Positions 1-9,875 of a stretch of DNA of 64,000 bases are shown in pieces. The translations under genes were made by a program, and so were the position numbers. The number at the start of each line of letters is the position of its first letter. Within the stretch, counting starts at the first letter, position 1. The notes below the pieces were generated by a model. It worked only from the letters and a program-made list of their open reading frames with translations, made no database searches and was not told the DNA's origin. The DNA comes from Samistivirus egole (Duplodnaviria > Heunggongvirae > Uroviricota > Caudoviricetes). The DNA is taken from positions 60,108 through 124,107 of the IMG/VR virus record IMGVR_UViG_2974779775_000001; one strand, 5' to 3'.

Positions 1-3000
1 ATGACTCAGACTGTCGAACTACACCTTCATGACCATTACTCCTCCATGGACGGAACCAATACTGCTGCTGAGTATATGGTTCGCGCCAAGGAATTGGGAA
101 TGACGCACCTTGCCCAGACGAATCACGGTACCCTTGGTGGCCACCGCGAGTTTCAGCAAGCTGCGAAGGATGCAGGTATTGTTCCAATTCTCGGTGTAGA
201 GGCTTACATCTCACCGACTGACCGTTTCGACAAGCGCTCAAAGGCGTCTCGTTCAGACGGCACAAACGCATACAACCACCTTATCATTCTGGCTCAGAAT
301 GAGACTGGTCTACAGACTCTCAACCGAATCAACCGTGTCGGATGGACTGAGGGCTTTTACTCAAAGCCTCGTATCGACATGGAAGTTCTGGAAAACGACA
401 ACGAGGGTCTGATTGTTCTTTCTGGGTGTCTTAACGGACTCATCTGTAAGGCAATCGAGCGAGGTGAGCTTGATGAGGCTATGGCTATTGCCGACCGATT
501 CAAGAACATTCTTGGCGACCGATTCTTCATTGAGGTTCAGGGTCACAACCCTGTCGATATGAATGCGGCACTATTTCACATTGCTGACGCTAAGGGCATT
601 AAGCCTGTCGTCACAAGTGACTGCCACTACGCTCGTAAGGAAGACCTGTGGATTCAGGAAGCTATGCTCATCCTGTCCACAAACCCCAAGAAGAACAAGG
701 ACGCTGAGTTCTCCAAGTCTCAGAAGATGGAGATGCTGGAGCGGTTCAATTACCTGTACCCTGACCGCAAGATGACGTTCGAGAAGATTGAGATTTACCT
801 TCACGACGCTGAGGAGCACCGTCAGGCATTTAAGGCGCAGGGATTTGACCGTGAGGACATCATCACCAATACCCATGTCGTTGCTGACATGATTGGTGAC
901 TATCCGTTCCATCAGGGTCTTGACCTTCTGCCTCGTCCAAAGGATGGAAATCCTGACGACCTGCTTGAGGAAATGTCTCGAAAGGGCCTGGAAGACAAGG
1001 GTCTCTCTGGCGATAAGAAGTATGTAGAGCGACTTGAGGAAGAACTTGAAATCATCAAGTCAAAGGACTTCTCTACCTACTTCCTCATTGTTGAGGACAT
1101 GATTTCATGGGCTAAGTCTCAGGGAATTATGGTTGGTCCTGGTCGTGGTTCTGGTGCTGGTTCACTCGTGAACTACGTACTTGGCATCACTGACATTGAC
1201 CCAATCGCTGAGAACCTGCTGTTCTTCCGATTCATTAACCCTGAGCGAAATGACTTCCCTGACATTGACACCGACTTCGAGGATGCTCGTCGTGGTGAGG
1301 TCAAGGAATACCTTCGCAAGAAGTACAAGAACGTAGCGTCCATTGCCACCTTCACCTTCTTTGGTGATAAGGCGGTAGTAAAGGATGCTGCTCGTGTATT
1401 CTGTGTTCCTGTTGGTGAGGTAAACCGAGCACTCAAGTTCGTTGATAAGTGGGAGCAGTTCCTTAACTCTCCAACGACTGAGGAGTTCCGCAAGAAGTAT
1501 CCAGAAGTCATCACCCTGGCAGAACGCCTTCGTGGTCGTATCCGTCAGACTGGTATGCACGCGGCTGGTGTAGTAATTGCAAATCAGCCTCTGGCCAACT
1601 TCGCGCCCATCGAAACCGCAAAGGACCCGAACGACCCTAACGGTCCTCGTATCCCTCTTGTGGCTATGGACATGGACCAGGCAGCAGACCTTGGATTGGT
1701 AAAGCTTGACGCCCTTGGGCTTAAGGCTCTCAGTATCATCAAGGACACCATCAAGATGATTGAGGACCGTCACAACAAGAAGATTGTGTTGAATGACATT
1801 CCTCTGACCGACAGCCGTGTATATGGAATGCTCTCTGAGGGATACACCAAGGGTGTGTTCCAGTGTGAGGCGACCGCATACACCAAGTTGATTATCAAGA
1901 TGGGTGGCGTTCAGAACTTCGATGAGCTTGCTGCGTCTAACGCTCTTGTTCGTCCTGGTGCAATGAACACCATTGGTGCCGAGTACATCGCTCGTAAGAA
2001 CGGAAAGTCTCCTGTAAAGTATCACCACTTTGAGATGAAGCCATTCACCTCTGAGACCTATGGTGAGATTCTGTACCAGGAGCAGGTCATGCAGACCATG
2101 ACAGAATTGGCCGGAATGAAGATGGCCACTGCTGACAAGGTTCGTAAGATTATTGGTAAGAAGAAGGACGCACGTGAGTTCGACCAGTACCGAGAGGAAT
2201 TCCTTGAGGGAGCATCCAAGAAGGTCCACCCTGCTGTTGCTGAAAAGCTCTGGCATGACTTCGAGGCTCACGCTGGATACTCATTCAACAAGTCTCACGC
2301 TGTAGCGTATTCTCGCCTCAGCTATTGGACTGCGTGGCTCAAGAAGCATTACCCACTTGAGTTCATGTGTGCTACCCTTCGCAATGAGGGGGACAAGGAT
2401 GCTCTGACCGAGTACCTGATTGAGACGAAGCGCATGGGCATCAAGATGCTTCTGCCTCACGTCAATGTGTCAGGGGTCAACTTCGAAATTGAGGGTGACG
2501 CCATTCGGTTCGGTCTGACGAACATCAAGTTCATTCGTGAGCCTGGTGCTTTGCAGCTCATTGAGTATCGCCCCTTCACCTCTTACTCTGACCTGTATGC
2601 CAAGGTCAACGAAAAGGGCAATGGACTGAGCGCTAGGACCCTCACAGGTCTTAATGCAATCGGTGCGTCTGCCTTTGAGGACCATCCTCGCACAGGAGAG
2701 GAGCGAGAGAACTACTACGAGTACCTTCGCATTCCTGCCTTCGAATTGAAGTTCATTCCTCCAAAGGTCAGGGCACAAATGACTGACCTGGAAGACTACA
2801 AGGACAAGGGAGCGTTCTGCGTCCTTGCAATGGTTCGAGGAATCAAGCGAGGAGAAGGCTGGGCACGTCTGGACTTGATTGATGAGACTGGCACTGCTGG
2901 TGTCTTCACGAATCCAGAGACGCCTATTGAGTCTGGCCAGATGTATGCTATCCTGGTATCTGACAACAGGGTTGCGAGGTTTGCGACCATGGACGAGCTG

Positions 3001-3285
3001 ATTCACAGGATTCCTAACGGCTTCGTGGACTATCTGTATGCGAGTGAATACGGTGACATTCCGGAAGGCATGTACAAGGTGCTTGCTTTCCAGCGGTACG
3101 TTACGAAGGCGAAGAAGACAATGGCGTATACGACAGTATGCGATTCTGACAAGAATCTGTATCCTGTGATGGCCTTCCCTACCATGTTCCACAAGGCATA
3201 TGGTAAGTGCAAGGATGGTGCGGTAATCGACGCTATTCTCAAGCAGACTCAGGAAGGTAGCTGGTTCTACGACAATATCCTGTGA
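1..3285 (+). CDS. dnaE: DNA polymerase III alpha subunit (DnaE-like replicative polymerase)
   Basis: 1094 aa with an N-terminal PHP domain (HLHDHYSSMDG) and polymerase core motifs. The ORF begins at base 1 of the window. Confidence 0.9.
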   Translation: MTQTVELHLHDHYSSMDGTNTAAEYMVRAKELGMTHLAQTNHGTLGGHREFQQAAKDAGIVPILGVEAYISPTDRFDKRSKASRSDGTNAYNHLIILAQNETGLQTLNRINRVGWTEGFYSKPRIDMEVLENDNEGLIVLSGCLNGLICKAIERGELDEAMAIADRFKNILGDRFFIEVQGHNPVDMNAALFHIADAKGIKPVVTSDCHYARKEDLWIQEAMLILSTNPKKNKDAEFSKSQKMEMLERFNYLYPDRKMTFEKIEIYLHDAEEHRQAFKAQGFDREDIITNTHVVADMIGDYPFHQGLDLLPRPKDGNPDDLLEEMSRKGLEDKGLSGDKKYVERLEEELEIIKSKDFSTYFLIVEDMISWAKSQGIMVGPGRGSGAGSLVNYVLGITDIDPIAENLLFFRFINPERNDFPDIDTDFEDARRGEVKEYLRKKYKNVASIATFTFFGDKAVVKDAARVFCVPVGEVNRALKFVDKWEQFLNSPTTEEFRKKYPEVITLAERLRGRIRQTGMHAAGVVIANQPLANFAPIETAKDPNDPNGPRIPLVAMDMDQAADLGLVKLDALGLKALSIIKDTIKMIEDRHNKKIVLNDIPLTDSRVYGMLSEGYTKGVFQCEATAYTKLIIKMGGVQNFDELAASNALVRPGAMNTIGAEYIARKNGKSPVKYHHFEMKPFTSETYGEILYQEQVMQTMTELAGMKMATADKVRKIIGKKKDAREFDQYREEFLEGASKKVHPAVAEKLWHDFEAHAGYSFNKSHAVAYSRLSYWTAWLKKHYPLEFMCATLRNEGDKDALTEYLIETKRMGIKMLLPHVNVSGVNFEIEGDAIRFGLTNIKFIREPGALQLIEYRPFTSYSDLYAKVNEKGNGLSARTLTGLNAIGASAFEDHPRTGEERENYYEYLRIPAFELKFIPPKVRAQMTDLEDYKDKGAFCVLAMVRGIKRGEGWARLDLIDETGTAGVFTNPETPIESGQMYAILVSDNRVARFATMDELIHRIPNGFVDYLYASEYGDIPEGMYKVLAFQRYVTKAKKTMAYTTVCDSDKNLYPVMAFPTMFHKAYGKCKDGAVIDAILKQTQEGSWFYDNIL

Positions 3286-3293
3286 GGAGGATA

Positions 3294-3473
3294 ATGGACG
3301 AGGCAATCAGGCCAGAAGACATTCTGCGCCTGTTGCTTATCGCTAACGGCCCTGTCACTATCTCTGCTGAGGAGATGGACAGGGCTCTTGGCGATGCAAC
3401 ACACTATCAAGTAGCGGTAAGCTACGAACCATTCAAAGAAGAATTCACAATACACCTGGAGAACGATGATTAG
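3294..3473 (+). CDS. hypothetical protein
   Basis: Small + strand ORF overlapping the dnaE stop, with RBS GAGGAGG upstream. Confidence 0.4.
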   Translation: MDEAIRPEDILRLLLIANGPVTISAEEMDRALGDATHYQVAVSYEPFKEEFTIHLENDD

Positions 3474-3840
3474 CGGATTTGAAAACCTGGGCAACGACCT
3501 GAGCATTAACGACTATCAGCTAACTGCCAACGAGACTGCGATTTACCCTGAGAATGGTGAGGCCAGTACAGCAGCTATCAATTACTGCATTCTTGGCCTG
3601 GTTGGTGAGGCTGGCGAAATCGCAAACAGCTTCAAGAAGACCATTCGAGACGACAATGGCATTGTCACAGGAGAAAAGGCGAAGGCCCTCGCAGCAGAGC
3701 TTGGTGACGTTCTCTGGTATGCCGCTAATCTGGCGAGTGAGCTTGGCTATCCGCTTGAGCTAATTGCGAAGCAGAATCTACAGAAGCTCAAGTCACGTCA
3801 GGCACGAGGAGTGATTCAGGGCAGTGGCGACAACCGCTGA
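3466..3840 (+). CDS. mazG: MazG-like nucleotide pyrophosphohydrolase
   Basis: MazG motif EIANSFKKTIRDD...LGDVLWYAANLA. Its start overlaps the upstream ORF. Confidence 0.75.
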   Translation: MISGFENLGNDLSINDYQLTANETAIYPENGEASTAAINYCILGLVGEAGEIANSFKKTIRDDNGIVTGEKAKALAAELGDVLWYAANLASELGYPLELIAKQNLQKLKSRQARGVIQGSGDNR

Positions 3841-4031
3841 CGCCTGATATACTGAGCCTATGGCAACAGAAGCATATTTCCTCCGGGGAGTCGAAGACGA
3901 ACATCTATTGGTGTTTCGTGGAAACTCTTCGGAGGAAATTTTGTTTATCATTAAGCGGTTGGCCGCCTGCCGCGACAAAGAAATAAAGGCAATGGCAAGA
4001 AAACTTGAAGAGGAATGGAACCAGAGAGAAT

Positions 4032-5036
4032 ATGGAAATAGAAGAGGAGATTCTAGCTAAGCTAAGCCCAAAGGTATTGGCAAGAGCTAAGATGGCCTCA
4101 GAGGTGCAATTGATGAGGCAGCCCACTCCAAGCACAGGGCTGAATTCTGCATTGCGTGGAGGCATCGGCTATGGACGCCAGACCCTAATCTGGGGTAGCA
4201 AGTCAGCAGGAAAATCAACATTCTGTCTAGGGATGCTGGGAATTGCACAGGCGGCCGGTAAGAAGACGGCCTTTATTGACTCTGAGCAGTCCTTTGACCC
4301 CTCTTGGGCAGAGCGTCTAGGAGTAGATACAAGAAAGCTCATCTACACTGACGTAAAGACAATCGAAGATATGGTAAGCGCAGGAGTCGAGTTCATGAAG
4401 GCTGGCATTGATATTGTCACTGTGGACTCCATCTCAGCACTTCTTTCATCAGCCTACTTTGAGAAAGATAAGAAGGGTGATGAACTAAAGGAACTATCTG
4501 GCACAAAGCAGATTGGTTCAGAGGCAAGAGAGTTGGCTAATGGCGTAAAGATGCTTAACTACGCCAACAAGAAGACTGCTCTGGTTCTCATTTCCCAGGT
4601 ACGTAACAAGATTACTACCTATGGAGCTATGCATCAGGCGACCGGTGGTCACGCAGTGGACTTCTTTAGTTCTACAGTCGTAAAGCTATGGAGTTCTGCT
4701 CGTGAGGCAGACCAGATTATGGGTGAGGTCCACAATGGTGACCTTCTGCTAAAGGAGCCAATTGGTCGTGAAGTAAACTGGACCATTGACAAGAACAAGC
4801 TTGGTCCTCCAAACAAGACTGGCAAGTACAATCTCTTCTACGATGGCGACTTCGTAGGAATCGACAATATTGGTGAAGCAGCCGTTTTGGGTGTTGCGCT
4901 TGGCATTGTCGAGAAGAAGGGCGCTTGGCATTACTACGGAGACCTCAAGGTTCAGGGTGGAGACAATTTCGCCATTGAGCTACGAGCTAATCCTGAATTG
5001 GCTGAAAAGCTGGTGAAGGAGGTAGAGGGCGCGTGA
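4032..5036 (+). CDS. RecA-family recombinase
   Basis: Walker A GSKSAGKST and a RecA core (TAFIDSEQSFDP, VTVDSISALL). A TTG start at 4005 is also possible. Confidence 0.8.
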   Translation: MEIEEEILAKLSPKVLARAKMASEVQLMRQPTPSTGLNSALRGGIGYGRQTLIWGSKSAGKSTFCLGMLGIAQAAGKKTAFIDSEQSFDPSWAERLGVDTRKLIYTDVKTIEDMVSAGVEFMKAGIDIVTVDSISALLSSAYFEKDKKGDELKELSGTKQIGSEARELANGVKMLNYANKKTALVLISQVRNKITTYGAMHQATGGHAVDFFSSTVVKLWSSAREADQIMGEVHNGDLLLKEPIGREVNWTIDKNKLGPPNKTGKYNLFYDGDFVGIDNIGEAAVLGVALGIVEKKGAWHYYGDLKVQGGDNFAIELRANPELAEKLVKEVEGA

Positions 5037-5233
5037 TTAATCCATTCGCTGAGCAGCCGAAGAAGCCTGTCGATGAACTTCCTATGGGAATCGTCATCGA
5101 CGGCTCTTTCGTCTGTATGACTTGTGGCCACGTTTGTGACGAAGCAGAGTATTTTCCAGTGGACAAGATTCTTGTATGGATTTGTGTCGAGGAGCACAAG
5201 TCTGCTATTGAGAATTTCAATCTAGGAGTGTAA
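5033..5233 (+). CDS. small zinc-ribbon protein
   Basis: Paired cysteines (CMTCGH...C) in an ORF that overlaps both neighbours. Confidence 0.4.
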   Translation: MINPFAEQPKKPVDELPMGIVIDGSFVCMTCGHVCDEAEYFPVDKILVWICVEEHKSAIENFNLGV

Positions 5234-5553
5234 TGACTGAGCTAAACGAAATCAAGAGAGATGGTGCCAAAGCACAGAAGAATTCTGGGCGTGGTCAATT
5301 CCAAAAGGGTGACGCCACGCTAGGACCCTTCTGCTACGACATCAAAGAGTATGCCAAGTCTTTCAGTGTTTCCCAGGCTGTGTGGGGCAAGATTTGCACA
5401 GACGCCTTCCGGTCTGGTAACATGATTCCTGCGCTCAAGCTCGTCCTAGGCGCAGCAGACAAGAAGACTCGTGTCTGGGTAATTGGGGACGATATGTTCA
5501 AGGAGATGCTAGAAGCATGGGAGGAGAAGTATGGCGAAGCTAATGAGGGTTGA
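5233..5553 (+). CDS. hypothetical protein
   Basis: ORF in the + strand gene array with no recognisable motif. Confidence 0.4.
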   Translation: MTELNEIKRDGAKAQKNSGRGQFQKGDATLGPFCYDIKEYAKSFSVSQAVWGKICTDAFRSGNMIPALKLVLGAADKKTRVWVIGDDMFKEMLEAWEEKYGEANEG

Positions 5554-5740
5554 GTATATTCGTCGTGACAATGGCGGATGGCTGGCGTACAAGAAGTATG
5601 ACGACGGCAGCGAATATGGAGGCCCGGTAAGTAAGCAGGAGGTCGAGAACATGATTCTTGAAATGTTTGATGACCTAGGTGGCGTAATGATGCCAACCGA
5701 CCTTGTGAAGGATGATGATGAGCGACCTGACGCCTCTTGA
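5531..5740 (+). CDS. hypothetical protein
   Basis: Overlapping + strand ORF. Confidence 0.35.
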   Translation: MAKLMRVEYIRRDNGGWLAYKKYDDGSEYGGPVSKQEVENMILEMFDDLGGVMMPTDLVKDDDERPDAS

Positions 5741-6053
5741 GCACATTTCAAAGATTGGTGAGTTTCAGGAGCTTCATGACTTCATGGAGGACCCGGAACT
5801 AGATGAGGCAATGGCTGTCATGGTACAGCTCATGATGAATCCAAACCTCAAGCCAGAAACCAATCAGCGACTCATCGTCCAGCTACAGGCGTATGCTGCA
5901 AAGTTCAGCATGCTTGCCTCTATCTATAGCACAATCAAAAAGGCACCTGCTGGTAGTCCAAACAACTTCAAAAAGAATATCTACTACACGACGGCTGAGT
6001 CAATCGACAAGCTAGTCCAGGCATTGAAGTACACTTTCAAGTTGCCCTACTGA
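5712..6053 (+). CDS. hypothetical protein
   Basis: + strand ORF with no recognisable motif. Confidence 0.4.
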   Translation: MMMSDLTPLEHISKIGEFQELHDFMEDPELDEAMAVMVQLMMNPNLKPETNQRLIVQLQAYAAKFSMLASIYSTIKKAPAGSPNNFKKNIYYTTAESIDKLVQALKYTFKLPY

Positions 6054-6097
6054 TGTGTTACAATAGTAATCACTAAGAGAAACGGAAACTAACAACA

Positions 6098-6871
6098 ATG
6101 TCTAACGGACTACTTAAGATTGCTCGTCTGGGAAAGAAGGCGGACTTCGATATCAAGAAGCTGGTATCAGTTCTCGAAGACGCCTATGTAAATTCCCGGC
6201 CGAAGGAAAGATATTCCAAGAAGGTCTCATTTAGTCCGTCCTCTCTTGGCTATGGTGCCGGTACCTGTCCTAGGTACTGGTATCTGGCTTTTGAGGGCGG
6301 AACTTTTGTCGATACCTTTGATGGACTGAGTGTCGCCAACATGGCAAACGGAACAGCCGCACATACTCGCATCGAAAAACTATTCGGTGATGCTGGTGTG
6401 CTTGATGAAGCAGAGCGAGAGATTACCTATGCAGACCCTCCAATTCGAGGGTTCGTGGACGTAATCGTAGATTTCGAAGGACGAAAGATTGTTGGTGAGT
6501 TTAAGACGACTCGTCAGGAATCATATATCCATCGTGAAACAAATGGAACAGCAATTGACTATCATAAGGTTCAGGTTCTCGTGTACATGCGAGTGCTTGG
6601 CCTAGACGATGGCTTCGTTCTCTACGAAAACAAGAACACGCAGGAACTATTCCTCGTCCCCATTACAATGGATGAGGCGAACAGTGAATATACCGACTAT
6701 CTGTTCGATTGGATGCGTGACACACGAAAGACATGGGAAGACAAGACTCTGCCTACCCGACCATTTACCCAAAAGAGTAAAGCGTGCAAGTCCTGCGCGC
6801 TATTCAATGTGTGTTGGAACGAATCTCCAGAAGGCGACATTACTAAGGCACCACTGGAGGTGAAGAAGTAA
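6098..6871 (+). CDS. Cas4/RecB-like PD-(D/E)xK nuclease
   Basis: D..E.K core (DVIVDFEGRKIVGEFKTT) plus a C-terminal cysteine cluster (CPRYW...CKSCALFNVC) typical of Fe-S Cas4-family exonucleases. Confidence 0.7.
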   Translation: MSNGLLKIARLGKKADFDIKKLVSVLEDAYVNSRPKERYSKKVSFSPSSLGYGAGTCPRYWYLAFEGGTFVDTFDGLSVANMANGTAAHTRIEKLFGDAGVLDEAEREITYADPPIRGFVDVIVDFEGRKIVGEFKTTRQESYIHRETNGTAIDYHKVQVLVYMRVLGLDDGFVLYENKNTQELFLVPITMDEANSEYTDYLFDWMRDTRKTWEDKTLPTRPFTQKSKACKSCALFNVCWNESPEGDITKAPLEVKK

Positions 6872-7153
6872 TTGATTTGCGCCTACGGAGAATGCGGTAA
6901 CATGTTTGAGCCCAAGACTCATAATCAGAAGTTTTGCAGCTCAGCATGTTGCCGTAAGGCGACCAACGCAAGAATCATGGAGAAGTATTACGCTCGGCGT
7001 GCACGTCAAAAGGGAATCCTAAGAACGTGCTCTGAGTGCCCCACTGTGCTCTCCAGATATAACAGCTCAGACAAATGCGAGGGCTGTAAAGCGGAGCAGC
7101 GCCGGAAGGAACGAGTGGAACTATTGGAGTTGATTGGTAGTGCCTCTGTCTGA
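6872..7153 (+). CDS. zinc-ribbon DNA-binding protein
   Basis: Two CxxC pairs in a basic protein. Confidence 0.4.
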   Translation: MICAYGECGNMFEPKTHNQKFCSSACCRKATNARIMEKYYARRARQKGILRTCSECPTVLSRYNSSDKCEGCKAEQRRKERVELLELIGSASV

Positions 7154-7709
7154 TATACACAAGACAAAGGCTCGAAGGGTCATGGGAATTGACTGCTCTA
7201 CCAAATCCATAGCATTCACTATCTTTGACGGGGAAGACTTCTTGAAGTGTGGAGAGGTCTTCTTCAATGGAGCGACAGTATTCGAAAGAGTGCATGATGC
7301 GAACGTAAAGACCCTCGCACTCTTCGAACACTTCTCTCCTGATTTTGTTGCAATTGAAGCAGCCATTATGGTTCGAAGTACATCAGTCGCTATTAAGATG
7401 GCTTATGTGTTTGGTGCCGTGATTGCTGCTCTCTTGAAAAAGGGAGCAACTGTAATTGAAGTCCCACCGATTTCATGGCAATCATTCATTGGCAATAAGA
7501 ATCTGACGAAGGCAGAGAAGGATGCTATAAAGGCAGAATTTCCTGGTAAGTCTGCAAGTTGGTATCAGAATAAGGGCAGACTGATGAGGAAGCAGCGCAC
7601 CATTGACTTTGCTAAACGAGAGTTTGGCGTCGAGCTAGAAAGCGATAACGTAGCTGATTCACTAGGCATTGCCTGGTGGGCAGTGAAGAATAAGACACGA
7701 AGGAGTTAG
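7134..7709 (+). CDS. RuvC-like Holliday junction resolvase
   Basis: RuvC N-terminus VMGIDCSTKSIAFTIFD with downstream acidic residues. The true start may be the internal ATG at 7182. Confidence 0.7.
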   Translation: MVVPLSDIHKTKARRVMGIDCSTKSIAFTIFDGEDFLKCGEVFFNGATVFERVHDANVKTLALFEHFSPDFVAIEAAIMVRSTSVAIKMAYVFGAVIAALLKKGATVIEVPPISWQSFIGNKNLTKAEKDAIKAEFPGKSASWYQNKGRLMRKQRTIDFAKREFGVELESDNVADSLGIAWWAVKNKTRRS

Positions 7710-7710
7710 C

Positions 7711-8169
7711 ATGATTGTTGCGGGAACAGGTCATAGAGATTTGAGGGACCGTGACTGGATTGCTGCCCAAACTGAGAAGGCCCTCATTGATATGGGGGCC
7801 TCTTTGGTTTATGTAGGCATGGCATCTGGTTTCGACCTCCTATTGGCGAAAACGGCATGGGGACTCAAGATTCCCTTCATTGCTGCAAAGCCATGGAGAG
7901 GCCACAAGCCACGTAGAGCAGACGAGTACGACTATCACAGGGCTCTACAACTGGCTGATGAGGTCATCAACGTATTGCCAAATGACGACTACCCTGGAGC
8001 ATGGGCTTACCAAAAGCGCAATGAATACATGGTGGACCACGCAGAAGGCGTCCTTGGAATGCTTGAGGCTGGTAAGACTGGGGGCACGTACAATTGCATT
8101 AAGTACGCCTCTGGCAAGATGCCAATCAAGATTATTGACCCTCTGATGAAGGAGGTGTGGGATGTCTAA
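7711..8169 (+). CDS. SLOG/DprA-like Rossmann-fold protein (DUF1273/DUF2493-like)
   Basis: N-terminal GxGxR (IVAGTGHRD) and a later GG-T motif. Confidence 0.35.
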   Translation: MIVAGTGHRDLRDRDWIAAQTEKALIDMGASLVYVGMASGFDLLLAKTAWGLKIPFIAAKPWRGHKPRRADEYDYHRALQLADEVINVLPNDDYPGAWAYQKRNEYMVDHAEGVLGMLEAGKTGGTYNCIKYASGKMPIKIIDPLMKEVWDV

Positions 8170-8326
8170 GAAGAAAAAGAAAGAGTATTACAAGAGTGAG
8201 AAATGGCTGAGGGCACGTTATCGACAAAAGAACGCTCGCCAGATTGCCGAAGAGTGTGGTGTCTCAGAGATGACAATCACTCGCTATCTTGAGACGTTCA
8301 ACATCACACGTAGACGTAGCCGTTGA
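8162..8326 (+). CDS. small HTH DNA-binding protein
   Basis: 54-aa basic ORF containing an HTH-like segment (IAEECGVSEMTITRYL). Confidence 0.35.
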   Translation: MSKKKKKEYYKSEKWLRARYRQKNARQIAEECGVSEMTITRYLETFNITRRRSR

Positions 8327-8964
8327 CCTGTGCTATGCTGACCTCTATGATGAAGATTGGCATGATGGGCGCACACGGGACAGGGAAGACTTCCATGGCA
8401 GAAGCCATGGTTGAAGGACCATTCAAATTGTTTTCCCTGGTCCCATCAACGGCCCGGCAGATAAAAGCATATGGCTATCCTATTAACAGAGAAGCCACAG
8501 AGCTAAGTCAGATTCTCGTTCCCCTTCTACGAATGATTGATGAAGCAGAGGCTACAGTCAATCCACACAACAGAATGTATAAGCAAGGACTCATCTCAGA
8601 CAGAACGCTGGTTGACTCTCTTGCCTACACGATGTATCAGTGTGCTAACGTATGGGAGAGTGGAGAATTCATTGAGCACGTCACATATCGTCTGACTCAG
8701 ATGTATATGAAGACATACTCACTTCTCCTCTACTTCCCAATTTACTGGGGAAATGTGGACGATGGAGTCCGAGACCCTGATGAGAAGTACCGCAGAGAAA
8801 TCGACAATAACGTAAAGACAGTCCTGGATATGTTGGATGTTCCCTATTTCACGGTTCCTGATGTATCTCCTCAAATGCGTGTGAGCTGGCTTGTTGACAA
8901 GCTGGACGTTCAGCGTGAGGAAGATGCCCGGAAGTGGATGGAAATCTTTCAGGGCATGATATAA
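8323..8964 (+). CDS. P-loop NTPase (possible nucleoside/nucleotide kinase)
   Basis: Walker A GAHGTGKTS. Confidence 0.5.
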   Translation: MTCAMLTSMMKIGMMGAHGTGKTSMAEAMVEGPFKLFSLVPSTARQIKAYGYPINREATELSQILVPLLRMIDEAEATVNPHNRMYKQGLISDRTLVDSLAYTMYQCANVWESGEFIEHVTYRLTQMYMKTYSLLLYFPIYWGNVDDGVRDPDEKYRREIDNNVKTVLDMLDVPYFTVPDVSPQMRVSWLVDKLDVQREEDARKWMEIFQGMI

Positions 8965-8988
8965 TTATCTTGAAAGTGAGGAGATACT

Positions 8989-9309
8989 ATGGGAACACCG
9001 ACTAGAAGGCGCTCAAGGGAAAAGAATCCTGATGCCTGGTGGCAGGGAGCGTACAGCGGAATCCCACACATCATCGCTTCATATGAATTCGAAATTGATG
9101 GAGACACGGTTCTGCCAAAGGCTCTCATCAAGTTCAAAAATACGCGAGGCTCATTCAAGTTCCGATGTGTGGCAACCAATACTCAGACTGGCAAAACCTG
9201 GATTGACTGCATCAATGCAGATACAGGTGAATGGAAGTCTTTCTATGTGGAAAAGCTCAAGGGACTCGTAAAGCCAAGGCGTCCACGTAGAAGGAGAAAG
9301 GTTGCCTAA
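8989..9309 (+). CDS. hypothetical protein
   Basis: + strand ORF with a basic C-terminus. Confidence 0.4.
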   Translation: MGTPTRRRSREKNPDAWWQGAYSGIPHIIASYEFEIDGDTVLPKALIKFKNTRGSFKFRCVATNTQTGKTWIDCINADTGEWKSFYVEKLKGLVKPRRPRRRRKVA

Positions 9310-9829
9310 AGAACTAGACACGCTTGACCGAATTGAGCAGATGAACACGGTCGTAGCGGCTCATCTTAAGGGCGACAATGCCACTGCAATTGCTCGTAGT
9401 ACGGGCATGAAGCGTGCTCAAGTCATTGAGTATATTGACGAGTGGAAGCTCATCGCTCAGAATAATAAGGCAATCCAGGCGCGAGCCACGGAAGCCTTGA
9501 CTGGCATGGATGAGCATTACAACATGATTATCAGAGAACTCTGGGAAGTCCTAGAGGAAGCTGATATGAACAATGACCTCAAGACAAAGACTACTGTCCT
9601 GAAAAACCTGGCAGATGTTGAGGGCAAGCGAGTAGACCTTTTGCAGAAGGCTGGTCTCATTGACAGTCAGCATGCAGGAGATGAAGTAATCGAGATGGAG
9701 CGAAAGCACGAAATTCTCATTAGCATTCTCCGAGAAGTGACATCTGATTGTCCACATTGCAAGGTCGAAGTTGCTCGAAGGCTGAGCAGGGTCACTGACA
9801 AGACAGAGACCATTGTCGTTCCGAATTGA
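9302..9829 (+). CDS. putative terminase small subunit
   Basis: HTH-containing N-terminus lying directly upstream of the large terminase. Confidence 0.4.
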   Translation: MPKELDTLDRIEQMNTVVAAHLKGDNATAIARSTGMKRAQVIEYIDEWKLIAQNNKAIQARATEALTGMDEHYNMIIRELWEVLEEADMNNDLKTKTTVLKNLADVEGKRVDLLQKAGLIDSQHAGDEVIEMERKHEILISILREVTSDCPHCKVEVARRLSRVTDKTETIVVPN

Positions 9830-9831
9830 TT

Positions 9832-9871
9832 AAATCCCTTCATGATATACTTTATATCAATGAAGGGATTT
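9832..9871. terminator. perfect 12-bp inverted repeat hairpin (terminator or packaging-related site)
   Basis: AAATCCCTTCAT-N16-ATGAAGGGATTT followed by a T-rich tract, between terS and terL. Confidence 0.4.
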
Positions 9872-9875
9872 AGTT

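Noticed and set aside
1162-3306. Long minus-strand ORFs (369 aa and 278 aa) antisense to dnaE.
   Set aside because: They lie entirely inside a well-supported + strand gene, have no motifs and are low-complexity antisense shadows.
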